Of a DNA stretch of 64,000 nt, positions 51,156 through 64,000 are shown in pieces. The position numbers and the translations under genes were made by a program. The notes under the pieces are model-generated. The model was given only the letters and a program-made list of their open reading frames with translations. It searched no databases and was not told the DNA's origin. Within the stretch, counting starts at the first letter, position 1; each line of letters starts with the position of its first letter. The stretch is from the human T2T-CHM13v2.0 reference genome, Homo sapiens, in the NCBI RefSeq assembly GCF_009914755.1, contig NC_060936.1; one strand, written 5' to 3'.

Positions 51156-53089
51156 AGATCAAGAACATGAGTTAACAAGAAAGTAAGAGAGAGAAAGAAA
51201 GAGAGAGAGAAATGAAAGAACCAGAATTTAACCTTCTTTTATGGAGACACCCAACTCTGAGTATATTATTTTCTCTTTAGTGAAGAAAACCTAACAAACT
51301 CCCTAAGCTTTAGCTTTCCCTTTAGTAAGGTGAATATAAACAGTGTCTAAGGCATGAGCCCTTGTCCAGGAAACACAGCTTCAAAACCACTACTTATTTT
51401 ACACTTGGGCAAGGTGTATAAAGGTTAACTAACTTTTCCTGGCTGTTGTGTACAGATATGTGGTTCATGGGTTTGTACGCATATCAAGCGATAACAAAGA
51501 GAGGCAAGCAGGAGGCAGCGAATGCAGCCAATGTCAATGGAAGCATTGCTTACCAGCATAAAGTGGCCAAATATAAAGTATTTTCCAGGTTAGGCTGGTA
51601 AGAAATAGGTTTAAAAAGTCAGACATATCTAAACTGTTGGCCCTGAAAAGAGTGTTTCATGGGGAAGTGAAATATTTTTCAGGATGATAAAATAACTAAC
51701 TCTATGATTGTTACACGTGCCTAATCCTTAAGATAATTCCTCCTTTGACTAGAGGGATAATTTAATTCTAGCTTCTGAATTTACATTGTTTATTAATAAA
51801 ATTCAATTGCCATTGTCTCTTGAAATTAAGAAAGAAAAGACATTTCGAATGTCCTAACCCATATTCTGTTGCTACTCGAAGGGCCTACCCAAGATTTCCA
51901 TTTGTTCGAATGGCCTTTTTTTAGAATTCTGTTTCTAAGTTTATGTTTTCTCTGAACTATCCATTTTACTTGTATCTCATCGTCCTTGACTATCATTTTT
52001 CCTCTGTTTTCACTTATATAAACGTAGAATTTATTCTGTTCATAAGGTTCTCTAGCCACACACACTCACGAACACTGGAACAAATTTCACGCAAAGTACT
52101 TGTGGCAAGAGTAGATTTCACTAATGGCTTGAGGAAAATGGTGAGGTTTTATATCATGAAGTTACTCATCCCTTTTTCCCCTCTAGACTCTGATAACAAC
52201 CCACCTTTTCCTCTTCGCTAGTCCCCACCCTTAGGTACCCTTGAAGATATGCAAATCACCTCATTAGGCAGAGCAATTTAGTTCTCCGAATGCTTGGTGA
52301 GACTCTGTGCATAATTTCGCATATCCAAAGACTCAATGCCTTTGCTATTTATGTCCATTCTTTCCTTTCAGTAGGAAAAGCTGGCAGAGGCTTTGACATT
52401 TCACTTTTCCTATTCTCTCATCTCAGTCAGTCTCTGAATAAAAGGGAGTAGTATAGAGATTTATTTTCCCTTTAAAATATTTTATTTAAAATATGTTATT
52501 TCTTTATAAGAATGAAATGGTCATAACCAGTTAGATTTTTAAATATTTTCTTATTTGATATAAACATCTAAAAATTTTTTTCAAATTCCTTCTATAATTA
52601 AGGCCAAACTTTTTCATCAATGTTTACAAACTTTATCAGAGGTGAAAATTATTCCAAAATATGTGCCACTACATTAAGTAGTGAATAATAAATCAATTGT
52701 AGAACTGTAATGTGTGCAGTAGTACTGACAATTCTTGTTCTGAGAATTATGCATTTCCCGTTTTTGAAATTCACTGCACATGCACACACACACAGTGCGT
52801 AGGAGTCCAGAGGGCTTCTAAACTATTTTAAAATGGAAAAATATTTACATAGATTGTCATTAAAATCATTAATTCATGCCACCAGTTTTCACTGACATGG
52901 TTACTAACAGGTAAGGAGAATCTTACAGCCACACAGACATTTCTGTGGTGGGGATTTTCGAGGGAAGGGCTGGCCTGCAAAAGCAGAAGGAACACTATGT
53001 GAGTGTGGAAGATATGAAGAACAGAAAATGGGTATCGTGTATGGAAAAGAGGATGCACTGGAGTGCTATAATTTTCCTGTATCCTTTGG

Positions 53090-53456
53090 CTTTCACCTCA
53101 TCACATACCTTGCTCTATCTTCCTTGCTGCACTTCTCTCTTTCCTCAAGCATCTTCTGTTTACTCCCACCACAAGATCTTTGCACATGCTGTTCTTTCTA
53201 ACTAGACCACCCAGTTACCACTTTAATTATCTCTCCTCCAACCCTTCACCATGTTACACCCCACATTTCCAGTAACTTTTAGTATTTTTACAATCTCAGT
53301 TGAATTATCTCTCAATCAGAGATGTATTTCATTCATTCTATCCAGATTAGGCCTCCCATCATGTATTTCCTTTTTTTTTTTTTTTTTAATATTCACCATT
53401 GCTGACTTAGGTTACCACAAGACTTGTCTGTATAAATATTATTGAATAAATGAATT
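53090..53456 (+). mobile_element. L2 3' fragment
   Basis: CTTTGCACATGCTGTTC...ATAAATATTATTGAATAAATGAA. Confidence 0.55.
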
Positions 53457-54523
53457 CAGAGGAAAAAAGAACATGGGAACAGGTTACAGATGAAAACCTT
53501 CATTGTGCTGTGGTTAAGGACTAAGCCTTAATGATTGTGTTTTTCTTAAAAAATGAAACATATTTGTAAAGTGGCTTGACTTCAGTGGTTAAACTCTACA
53601 TATAAGAGGCCTGCTAAAGATGAAATACTTGTCCATTATTTTGAAAAATTTCAAATGTAAGCTTTTTTTCTGGCTGCAAAGAAGTTCACTCTAACCCTCC
53701 ATCCATCTTGATCAGAATGTGCTCTACTGGTTTTGTACTGTGTAAATTTTGAAGAAACTCTCTCACATACCATCTGTTCATGCCTTCAACAATTGATCCA
53801 TCAATCCCTGTATCAGGGCAGACCATAAAAATTTTTTTTTTAAAAATTTATAACAAATTATTATAGTATTCCTCATTATATGAATCTTGAGACTATGTTG
53901 CTAAGGAATGTTAAAAGGAAAAATGTGTCCATGTTAACGAAAGATGTTAACTTATTTTAAATAGAGTTGTTATTTGAAAATAATTATTGTGCATGGAGCA
54001 TTAAGGTACTAACAGAAGCTTTGCCCATATTGATTATGTGTCATCATCCGTCTTGTCAACATTTTTAACATAACTTGACACTTGTAATTTGACAATGCTA
54101 TAAACATTATTTGAAGTGAGATGATGAGAATACATACAGTTCTAGAGGTTCTTTTGGTGGTTTTATGCTGACTGAATGCATTAACAACTAAATTATTCTC
54201 ATTTAGAATGCATTGATTTTCTGTCTTTAGGGTACTCTAATTATCTTCAAGATAAGAGACAAGCAGATCTACTTTCAAACTGAATGCACACCTTTTCACA
54301 GTTTGGGCTGCTTTTGAATGCTACCTTCTCAAACCAATATCTTCATTTTAACTCTGGGGGATGTAAATCAAACACATCAGCAGTTGTAAGTGTAACGAGT
54401 TATCTCCACAAAGGAACTGCATTTTGAAGTTGGAGTAAGCCACTCTGACATTTAAAAAGCAATTCAGTGGAAAGGTATCAAATAAAAGGAAGGAACTCTG
54501 AAACAGGAGTTTTATTGCATACC

Positions 54524-55147
54524 TTTCTTTTTTTAAATTTTTTTAAATTTAATTTTTTTACATTATACTTTAAGTTCTAGGGTACATGTGCACAACATGC
54601 AGGTTTGTTACATATGTATACACGTGCCATGTTGGTGGGCTGCACCCATTAACTTGTCGTTTACATTAGGTATATCTCCTAATGCTATCCCTCCCCCATC
54701 CCTCAACCCCATGACAGGCCCCAGTGTGTGATGTTCCCCACCCTGTGTCCAAGTGTTCTCATTGTTCAATTCTCACCTATGACATATGGTGTTTGGTTTT
54801 CTGTCCTTACGATAGTTTGCTGAGAATGATGGTTTCCAGCTTCATCCATGTCCCTACAAAGGACATGAACTCATCCTTTTTTATGGCTGCATAGTATTCC
54901 ATGGCATATATGTGCCACATTTTTTTAATCCAGTCTATCATTGATGGACATTTGGGTTGGTTCCAAGTCTTTGCTATTGTGAATGGTGCCGCAATAAACA
55001 TATGTGTGCATGTGTCTTTATAGTAGCATGATTTATAATCCTTTGGGTATATATCCAGTAATGGGATGGCTGGGTCAAATGATATTTCTAGTTCTAGCTC
55101 CTTGAGGAATTGCCTCACTGTCTTCCACAATAGTTGAACTAGTTTAC
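54524..55147 (-). mobile_element. 5'-truncated L1PA (L1PA5-like) 3' end
   Basis: ATTATACTTTAAGTTCTAGGGTACATGTGCACAAC; ORF 54807-55130 matches the ORF2 C-terminus. Confidence 0.93.
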
Positions 55148-55149
55148 CG

Positions 55150-56060
55150 CTAGCCTGGTAGGTTTTTAATTTCTATGTTCCAAAATCCTCCATCTTCACT
55201 CACGTTATCAGGAATGTTCACATATTAGAAGAGCTCCGTGGAATTTCTCTCTTCTGTTTTCAATTCCTGTTCTTCCCTCTCTGACTTAATTGTGACACTC
55301 GAACTTGCTCCTTGGCCTCATTAAATGATCCTTTTTTGATTCTTTCACCACTTGTTGCATTAGCCCCTTCTGAATTTATTTGCTTTCCTCACTTGTGAGA
55401 CCCCATAGTCAATCTTGACAATAACTACTTCAAGCATCCCTCTGCCTTGTTGGTCTTTGCTCTGCCTCCAGCTGTATGCAACCGTAACTTAGAAATGCTG
55501 GCATCCACCTTCTCCACTTTCAGGTTCTGGAACAGCACTGGAGAAAATCATGACCCACTGAGACTTGCTTCCTTTATCAGTTCATCTTATCTCAACTCTT
55601 GTTGCTCAGTTGCCACTTACTCATCTTTCATTAAATCTTGTAACATTTACACAATTTTTAATCCAAATTAAGTTAGACTGTCAACTACAATTCTTGTAGC
55701 TTCCCCTGTATTTAGTAGATTGTTTTCATTTTTTTAGTCAACAGAGTTCACAGATCTCTAAGGTGAAGTACTTTATCTTCCCTAAATGATTTTATTTCCC
55801 TTACCTCCTAAAACAGTGGAAGAAAGCGTGGCTTGGTCTTCTTCCTAAGACTTATCTTTTCAATTATCATTTTTGTTTACATGATTTCTTATCGCCTCTG
55901 AAACTTTGCTTATTTAATTATACCTTCTTTTTTGAGCATTAAATATTTCTCTACTACTTCCTTCCTTGTACCCATAAACCAACTTTCTCCAATGACTTAA
56001 CAAATTAGAAGCTCTCCCTTGACCCCACAATCATGTCAGGCTCTTCTCTCTATTTTAACC
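55150..56060 (+). mobile_element. degenerate L2-like region
   Basis: pyrimidine-rich; GCACTGGAGAAAATCA and CTCCCTTGACCCCAC motifs. Confidence 0.4.
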
Positions 56061-56837
56061 ATTTTTTCTTAAAGATGTTATATTGTTGCATCAGGTTGTT
56101 TATTCAATTTGATCACATCTTTTAACTGGTGAGTTTAATCCATTTTATTCATTGTAATTGCCATTAGATTGGAAATTATTTCTGCTCTTTTATCTTTTTA
56201 AATATAGTATTTTCTTTATTGAGTTGTTTGGTTTTCATCTTTCCTGCTTTCTTCCAGGTAGAACCTTCCGCAGAAAGGCAAGTACTTTATTTAACTTGCT
56301 CCCATGTTTCTTTGATCACTTATCATCTGTTTTCCTTTCCTTCTTCTTGTCTTCATGTTCTTTAAGTAATGGTAAATGTCCCCTCTCCCCACCAAAACTG
56401 ATCGCCATTTGTCCACATACAGTCTTGCAGAATGCTCTCAATGTGTTTCCCATGTGAGTGCCTTCTCCAAAAGTAATACCACTATAGGTTCTCAAATTAC
56501 ATTTTTAAGGTCTTGTATGCCTGAGAATATTCTTCTTATGCCCTTATAATTTAATGACTGATGGACTGGACAAACATTATGTTTGAAGTTTTTACTTTTT
56601 ATTCGTATTTTTAAAAATTACTTCATTATCTTGGATCCTCTATTGTTGTTAAACAGTATGCAGTGGAGCTACTTATTATTTTTTCCTGGGCAATCTCTTC
56701 TTACTTTCTGTGAGTTTTTAGAAATGATTTCTTTTTGATATTCTTAAATTAAAAATTAATATATTTAAGTTTCAGTTTGTCCATATTCCCTTGGGTTCCT
56801 ACTCTACATACGCTAAGATTTATTTCATTCTGAAATC

Positions 56838-57520
56838 TTTTTTTAGCTTTTTTGAGGCATAAATGAAAAATAAAATGTACATACTCAAGGAGCTCAACGT
56901 AGTGTGTTTTGTTGTACATATACACTGAAACGATTAACACAATTCAGCTAATTAACATATCCATCACCTTACAAAGCTGCCTTTTTGTGTGTAATGCGAA
57001 ACTTACTATATTAGTAAATTTCAAGTATACAGCACAGTATTATAAACTATAGCCACCTGCCGCACATCGGGTCTCCAGAACTTATCCATCTTATAAACAC
57101 AAGTTTGTAGCCTTTGACCAACATCTTTTGCTAGTCTCCATTTCCTGATCCTCGGTAACTACCTTTCTACTCTCTGTTTATATAAGTTTAACATTTTTAG
57201 ATTCTACGTATAAGTGCAATTATACAAATTTGTCTTTCTGTGTCTTACTTATTTCACTTAGCATAATGTCCTCCAGATTCATCCTTGATGTTGTAAATGA
57301 CAAGATTTCCTTTTTTTGTATGGGTGAATAATATTTGTTTGCATGAGTACATACATATCACACACATGCACACACACATCACATTTTCTTTATCCAGTCA
57401 TAATGCTGCAATAAACATGATAGTGCACATATCTCATCAAGATAGTAAATTTATTTCGTTTGGATATATACCCAAAGATAAATTGCTGGATCATATGGCA
57501 GTTCTGATTTTTTGAGGGAC
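56838..57520 (-). mobile_element. L1MA (MA9/10-like) 3' end
   Basis: CTAATTAACATATCCATCACCT, AAATTTCAAGTATACA, CTCCAGAACTTATCCATCTTATAA. Confidence 0.8.
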
Positions 57521-57854
57521 CTATTAATTCTTTCGTTTTTCTGAATTCTGTAAACTGGTAAATGTATTATTTCTTTTTCTCTTGGACTTCAGATGCGTGA
57601 CTTGATTTGATCATAACCTGGACTCATGACACATCATCATTGTTGGTCCATGCATGCCCTTTCTCTCTTATTTGTGTAGTTAATAGTATAATTACTAAGT
57701 ATGAGTGTAGAATTCATCATAACACCTAAAGTACTTCTAATAACTTACATACTTACATCCCCACATATACTCTTTCTCTGGCTTTTATGACCTGAATGCT
57801 CCACTCCAACCCCAACCAAGTAATAAATAAATACTTAAATAAATAATATGTAAT

Positions 57855-57905
57855 TTTTTGAGACAGAGTCTGGCTATGTTGCCCAGACTGGAGTGCTATG
57901 GCAAT
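57855..57905 (-). mobile_element. short Alu/FAM/7SL-derived 3' fragment
   Basis: TTTTTGAGACAGAGTCTGGCTATGTTGCCCAGACTGGAGTGC. Confidence 0.6.
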
Positions 57906-58039
57906 CAGTATTGTAGTTGTTGTGTTTATCATATGCTTTCTTTTTTAATTATATTCTTATATATGCCAGCAATAAATGATTTATCAAAATTATTTTTATA
58001 AGATGTAGTAATACATGTTGTTTTTCTTGTGGTTTCTTC

Positions 58040-59130
58040 ATTAAGACATCCTTTAAATATCACAAATTATGAACATAACACAAGTCACTTATTCATTCTG
58101 ATGTTGATGACTACTTAAATTGCTTCAACTTACGTGTTACTACGAACAGTGGTGCTGGGAACATTCTTGTTCAAGTTTACTGGTATACATATAAGAGTTT
58201 CTCTTAAAAATATGTCTAGTCATAGAAGTAATGCTTGTAGGGTAATGACATGTTAGACTTTAAAAGATAATTTCAAACTGTCTTCCAATATGGTTGGACC
58301 AATTATTAGAAATATGTTAGAGTTAGCCATAGATACATGTCTATTATAAATTTAGGGATTTAAATTTTTACAATAAGGTGCTTATAAATAAACACATCAA
58401 GGTCTTTATTTTCTTTCCTCTGATTATTATTCATTATGTGGAGTATGTCTTTTTCTTCTTGGTCATATATGTTTTCTGTGAAACATTTTTGCTTAATTTT
58501 TATGTTTTGCCCAGTTTTCTAATTTATCTTTTGCTACATTGCTTTTTAAAAAAGTTGTCTAACATTTTAATTTTAAATGAGGTAAAATTTATTAATTATT
58601 TTATTAATATAATTTTTTCTAAAAAGTTTTAAATTTCTGCCTTTGAAATGTAAGATATTAATCCATTTAGAGTTTAATTTTGTGATGGTATAAAGTAGGA
58701 ATTTATTTTCTTTTTCTTTCCTATATAAATAACTAATAGTTCAGGTATACAATACAGTATTGTTAAATAGTATTATGTGTTAAATAATCCCACTCCAAAG
58801 TTTACCTTGCCACACCCCCTCTGTCATCTGTCAAGTTGCATGTAGATATGATCTGCCTTTCGTCTTTCACGCCTAATTGCAAGTGTCAGTTTGTCTGTCA
58901 CTGTGCCAATAACATGTGCTTTTAAGAACTATCACTTTACAATAAGTCCTTATCTATATTGTAGGACAAATGCTTTCTTCTTTTCCTTTTCCTCCTTCTT
59001 CACTTCTTGGAAAACTAGTACAAATTTAAAGTCAGCTTACCAAGTGCCATCTATAACCCTATTGGAATTTAAATTAACATTCTATCAATTTGATAAAGTT
59101 GAGGAAAGTGGCATTTTAAAAATATTCTCT
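58040..59130 (-). mobile_element. ancient L1ME-like remnant
   Basis: TTCAAACTGTCTTCCAA, TTTAATCCATTTAGAGTTTAATTTTGTG. Confidence 0.55.
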
Positions 59131-59133
59131 TTC

Positions 59134-59456
59134 GCCGGGCGCGGTGGCTCACGCCTGTAATCCTAGCACTTTGGGAGGCCGAGGCAGGCGGATCACGAGG
59201 TCAGGAGATCGAGACCATCCTGGCTAACGCGGTGAAACCCTGTTTCTACTAAAAATACAAAAAATTAGCCAGGCGTGGTGGCAGGCGCCTGTAGTCCCAG
59301 CTCCTCAGGAGGCTGAGGCAGGAGAATGGCGTGAACCCGGGAGGCAGAGCTTGCAGTGAGCCAAGATCGCGCCACTGCCTTCCAGACTGGGTGACAGAGC
59401 AAGACTCCGTCTCAAAAAAATAAAATAAAATACAAAATAAAATAAAATAAAAAAAA
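59134..59456 (+). mobile_element. AluY with (TAAAA)n tail
   Basis: GATCGAGACCATCCTGGCTAAC, GAGCTTGCAGTG; TSD ATATTCTCTTTC. Confidence 0.97.
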
Positions 59457-60516
59457 CATATTCTCTTTCTATATATAAATGTGGGTTACCTCCCCCATTT
59501 GATTAATGCCCTTCAGTAAGGCCAATTTTCAGTTTGGCCTTAAGCAATAAAGGATTCTTAATGCTCAGCCAATTGGTATAGAATGCACTGCACTTGGAAG
59601 ACACTTTGACCCTATAAAAATATTGCAAACAGCCAGAAGATAAGCTAGAACCATGAGGGAAAGTTTCAAGTTTTACCTAGAGAACAAAAGCAAACTCTTT
59701 TGTTATGGTGCTTAGGTGCACTGCTGATTTTACTTTTAGGGAGGGTCTGTTTAGAAAACATCAATATAGATTTTAAAATAGCCCTCATTTATTCACTGTA
59801 ATATAGGACAGTGGCAGCATGTGTAATTAAGATACACAGATGTGTTTGGACTCTTGAACCCATGAAACTCACATAAATCTATTTCTGATACAGAAATATA
59901 ATCCTGGAGTCTCAGGAGCAGCCACAGATGCAACATGCTGCCATCAGCTGCAGCATTCTGCCACTTAACATTACCCAATGACAACTACCAAAGATCATTA
60001 TTTCCCATCACCTTCTACACCAGAATATTTACCAGAGTTAACAAATAGCTAAACTGACTACATTGAAATTATCCTTCTGTTCTTCCCTAACCTTCTTTAT
60101 TTGGGACAATTAAATATTCTAAAAATGGGAAGCAAAAAGGAAACAATTAGAGAATTGGATTGGAAAGCCAACTCTTTGGCTTAAGGTATTAAAGTTTCTT
60201 TAGCTGAATCACTGACAAAATCAATAATTTAGGCAATGGATTCCATAATTTCCCCAAATATATGGGAATGTTTTGTAAACTGTAGTAAAACCATATTTTT
60301 TATTTTTCCAGAGAGAAACAAAGTCGACCATCTAATTATTACCTCCATATATGAGGTACAAGTTACTGACGTGCAGTATACCTTTCTAAATTCCATCTGT
60401 AAATTCTACCCAACCTTTAAGACCCAAGTAAATGCAATATTAAGCTTTTCTAGTTACCAAAACAAAATATGATTTCTTTCTCCCCTACTCCCCATGCTAC
60501 CTTATACCTATTATGA

Positions 60517-61088
60517 CACCGAACCATATTTTTCATGGCATAGAGGACAATACTTTCACTAAATCTTAAAAACTTTAAATATCTATAAAATATTTTACCT
60601 GCTCCTATCATAATTTTTGAAATGTCTCATTTTATATCTACTGTTAAGCTACCTAAGGGAAGAAAAAATAGTGCAAATATTTTTTCAAGAAAGGCAATTT
60701 TGTAGGATACACCGTTGAAATGTGATATTTGTCTCATGAGATGATGTTCAATAAATATTTGTTTAGTCTGTTAAATAGCAATGTAACATCAGAAAGCAAT
60801 CAGTTGGCTTTTCATGTGGCAAAATATGATGAGTTGCATATTTCCGTTTAAGACTTGAGTCACTAGAATGTGGATTATTGGCGATAATGGAATAGGCCAA
60901 GCTAAGGATAAGCACCAACTGATTAGGGCCAGTTGGAACTGGACACAGTGCTATAGCAAGCCCAGTCTATTTATATTGGCTTCATGCAACCCGTTTAGAA
61001 GAGCTGCAGGCAGCCACTGAACCATATTTTTCATGGTATAGAGGACAATACTTTCACTAAATCTTAAAAACTTTAAATATTTATAAAA
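60517..61088. repeat. 74-bp direct repeat (60517-60590 and 61015-61088)
   Basis: 71/74 identical, read directly. Confidence 0.92.
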
Positions 61089-61484
61089 CTTTATCAATTT
61101 ATAAAATTTTAAATATTTTAAACTTTAAAATATTTATAAAACTTTATCAATTTATATAACTATCAATCAAAAACATTGTAGCATTTTAATCTAAATATGG
61201 AAAAAATATCTGAAGTAATAATGGAGAGCTAATATGTTACAAAAGGCTGGACTTAGTTGACTGAGATATATAAGTAGTTCTTTTAAAAAATTAATTTTCA
61301 TATGTTCCTTAATTTAAAAAAACCACAGAAACGTTTAGAAACGATTTCCAGAAAATAGCATTTTGCTGGTTTGGAGAAAACGAGCACCTGGGATAATAAG
61401 GCCATTTTTGTAAATCTGTTGAATAAATGCACATGTGAGCCCTAACAGATTCCCTTAGACACCTGCCTGCTACTGGTCATCTTG

Positions 61485-64000
61485 TTTTTTTTTTTTTTTT
61501 TTTTTTTTTACATTTTACTTTAAATTCTGGGATGCATGTGCAGAATTTGCAGGTTTGTTACCTAGGTATACATGTGCCATGATGGCTTCCTGCACCTATC
61601 AACCCATCATCTAGGTTTTAAGCCCTGCATGCATTAGGAATTTGTCCTAATGCTCTCCTTCCCCTTGTGCGCCCCCTACAGGCCCCGATATGTGATGTTT
61701 CCCTCCTTGTGTCCGTGCGTTATTGTTCAACTCCCACTTAGGAGTGAGAATATGCGGTGTTTGGTTTTCTGTTCCTGTGTTAGTTTGCTGAGGATGATGG
61801 CTTCCAGCTTCATCCATGTCCCTGTAAAGGACATGAACTCATTCTTTTTTATGGGTGCATAGTATTGCATGGTGTATATGTGCCCATTTTCTTTATCCAG
61901 TCTTTCACTGATGGGCATGTGGGTTGGTTCCAAGTTTTTGCTGTCGTAAATAGTGCTGCAATAAACATATGTGTGCATGTGTCTTTATACTAGAACGATT
62001 TATAATCATTTAAATATATACCCAGTAAAGGGATTGCTGGGTCAAATGGTGTTTCTGGTTCTAGACCCTTGAGGAATCACCACACTGTCTTCCACGATGG
62101 TTGAACTAATTTACACTCCCATCAACAGTGTAAAATTTTTCCTATTTCTCCACATCCTCACCAGCATCTGTTGTTTCCTATGCTTTTAATGACTGCCATT
62201 CTAACTGGTGTGAGATGGTATCTCATTGTGGTTTTGATTTGCATTTCTCTAATAACCAGTGATGATGAGCTTTTTTTCATATATTTGTAGGCCACATAAA
62301 TGTCTTCTTTTGAGAAGTGTCTCTTCATATCCTTTGCACACCTTTTGATGGTTTTTTTCTTGTAAATTTGTTTAAGTTCCTTGTAGATTCTGGATATTAG
62401 ACCTTTGTCAGATGGATAGATTGCAAAAGTTTTCTCCCATTCTGTAAGTTGCCTGTTCACTCTGATGATAGTTTCTTTTGCTGTGCAGAAGCTCTTTAGT
62501 TTAATTAGACCTCATTTGTCAATTTTGAGTTTTGTTGCAGTTGCTTTTCGTGTTTGGTCATGAAGCCTTTGTCCATGCCTATGTCCTGAATGGTATTGCC
62601 TAGGTTTTCTTCTAGGGTTTTTATGGTTTGGGGTTTTACATGTAAGTCTTTAATCCATCTTGAGTTAAGTTCTGGGATTCTTGTGCAGAATATGCAGGTT
62701 TGTTACATAGGTATACATGTGCCATGGTGGTTTGCTGCACCTGTCAACCCATCATCTAGGTTTTAAGCCCCACGTGTATTTTTGTATAAGGTGCAAGGAA
62801 GGGGTCCAGTTTCAGCTTTCTGCATATGGCTTTCCCAGCACCATTTATTAAATAGTGAATTCCTTTCCCCATTGCTTGTTTTTGTCAGGTTGTCAAAGAT
62901 CAGATGGTTGTAGATGTATGGTGTTATTTCTGAGGTCTCTGTTCTGTTCCATTGGTCTATATATCTGTTTTGGTACCAGTACCATGCTGTTTTGGTTACT
63001 GTAGCTTTGTAGTATAGTTTGAAGTCAGGTGGCATGATGCTTCAAGCTTTGTTCTTTTTGCTTAGGTTTGTCTTGGCTATATGGGCTTTTTGGTTCCATA
63101 TAAAATTTAATGTAGTTTTTTATAAGTCTGTGAAGAAAGTCAATGGTAGCTTGATGGGAATAGCATTGACTCTATAAATTACTTTGGGCAATATGGGCAC
63201 TTTCACAGTATTGATTCTTCCTGTCCATGAACATGGATTTTTTTTCCCATTTGTTTGTTTCCTTTCTTATTTCCTTGAGCAGTGCTTTGTAGTTCTCCTT
63301 GAAGACATCCTCCATGTCCCTTGTAAGTTGTATTCCTAGGTATTTTATTCTTTTTGTAGCAATTGTGAATGGGAGTTCACTCATGATTTGGCTCTCTGCC
63401 TATCTATTATTGGTGTATAGGAGTGCTTGTGATTTTCGCATATTGATTTTGTATCCTCAGAATTTGCTGAAGTTCCTTATCAGCTTAAGAAGTTTTTTGG
63501 CTGAGACGATAGGGTTTTCTAAATATACAATCATGTTATCTGCAAACAGAGATAATTTGACTTTCTCTCTTCCTGTTTGAATCCCCTTTATTTCTTTCTC
63601 TTGTCTGATTGCCCTGGCCAGGACTTCCAATACTATGCTAAATAGAAGTGGTGGGAGAAGGCATCCTTGTCTTGTGCCAGTTTTCAAAGGGAATGCTTCC
63701 AGCTTTTGCCCATTCAGTATGATATTGGCTATGGGTTTCTCATAAATAGCTCTTATTATTTTGAGATATGTTCCATCAATACCTAGTTCATTGGGAGTTT
63801 TTAGCATGATGGCATGTTCAATTTTATCAAAGGCCTTTTCTGCATCTACTGAGATAATCATGTGGTTTTTGTCATTAGTTCTGTTTATGTGATGGATTAC
63901 ATTTATTGATTTGCATTTGTTTGAACCAGCCTTGCATCCAAGGGATGAAGCCAACTTGATCATGGTGGATAAGATTTTTGATGTGCTGCTTGATTCTGTT
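61485..64000 (-). mobile_element. L1PA8-like element (poly-A end at left, continues past the window edge) with an internal copy of its 3' terminus
   Basis: T25 tail; CATCTAGGTTTTAAGCCC; ORFs 61727-63963 are ORF2 fragments. Confidence 0.95.

Noticed and set aside
54524-55147. Displaced 3' end of the L1 at 15183
   Set aside because: The two overlap in L1 coordinates and differ at diagnostic positions (AACTAGTT vs AATTAGTT); separate insertions

Overview
AT-rich, repeat-dense primate (very likely human) intergenic or intronic DNA. I recognise no cellular protein-coding exon, tRNA, rRNA or CRISPR array; the listed ORFs are L1-, Alu-, LTR- or HERV-H-derived, or chance. The main feature is a 5.8-kb minus-strand HERV-H provirus (38437-44237). 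It has two 484-bp LTR7 LTRs resembling the pluripotency-associated LTR7up type, a GTCTC TSD, a tRNA-His PBS, the major splice donor, and decayed gag/pro/pol. The window also holds a solo LTR12, MLT1/ERVL solo LTRs, ~10 Alus, many L1/L2/MIR fragments, two L1s with twin-priming inversions and one L1PA8 with an internal copy of its own 3' end. Best leads: (i) a candidate terminal exon 1 kb downstream of the provirus that is in phase with the HERV-H donor; (ii) CpG retention skewed toward the 5' LTR; (iii) a near-perfect 31-38 bp hairpin inside an old L1; (iv) a GATA/T-box palindrome; (v) a cluster of frame-preserving plus-strand micro-exon candidates. Subfamily names are from memory of consensus sequences and need RepeatMasker/Dfam confirmation.
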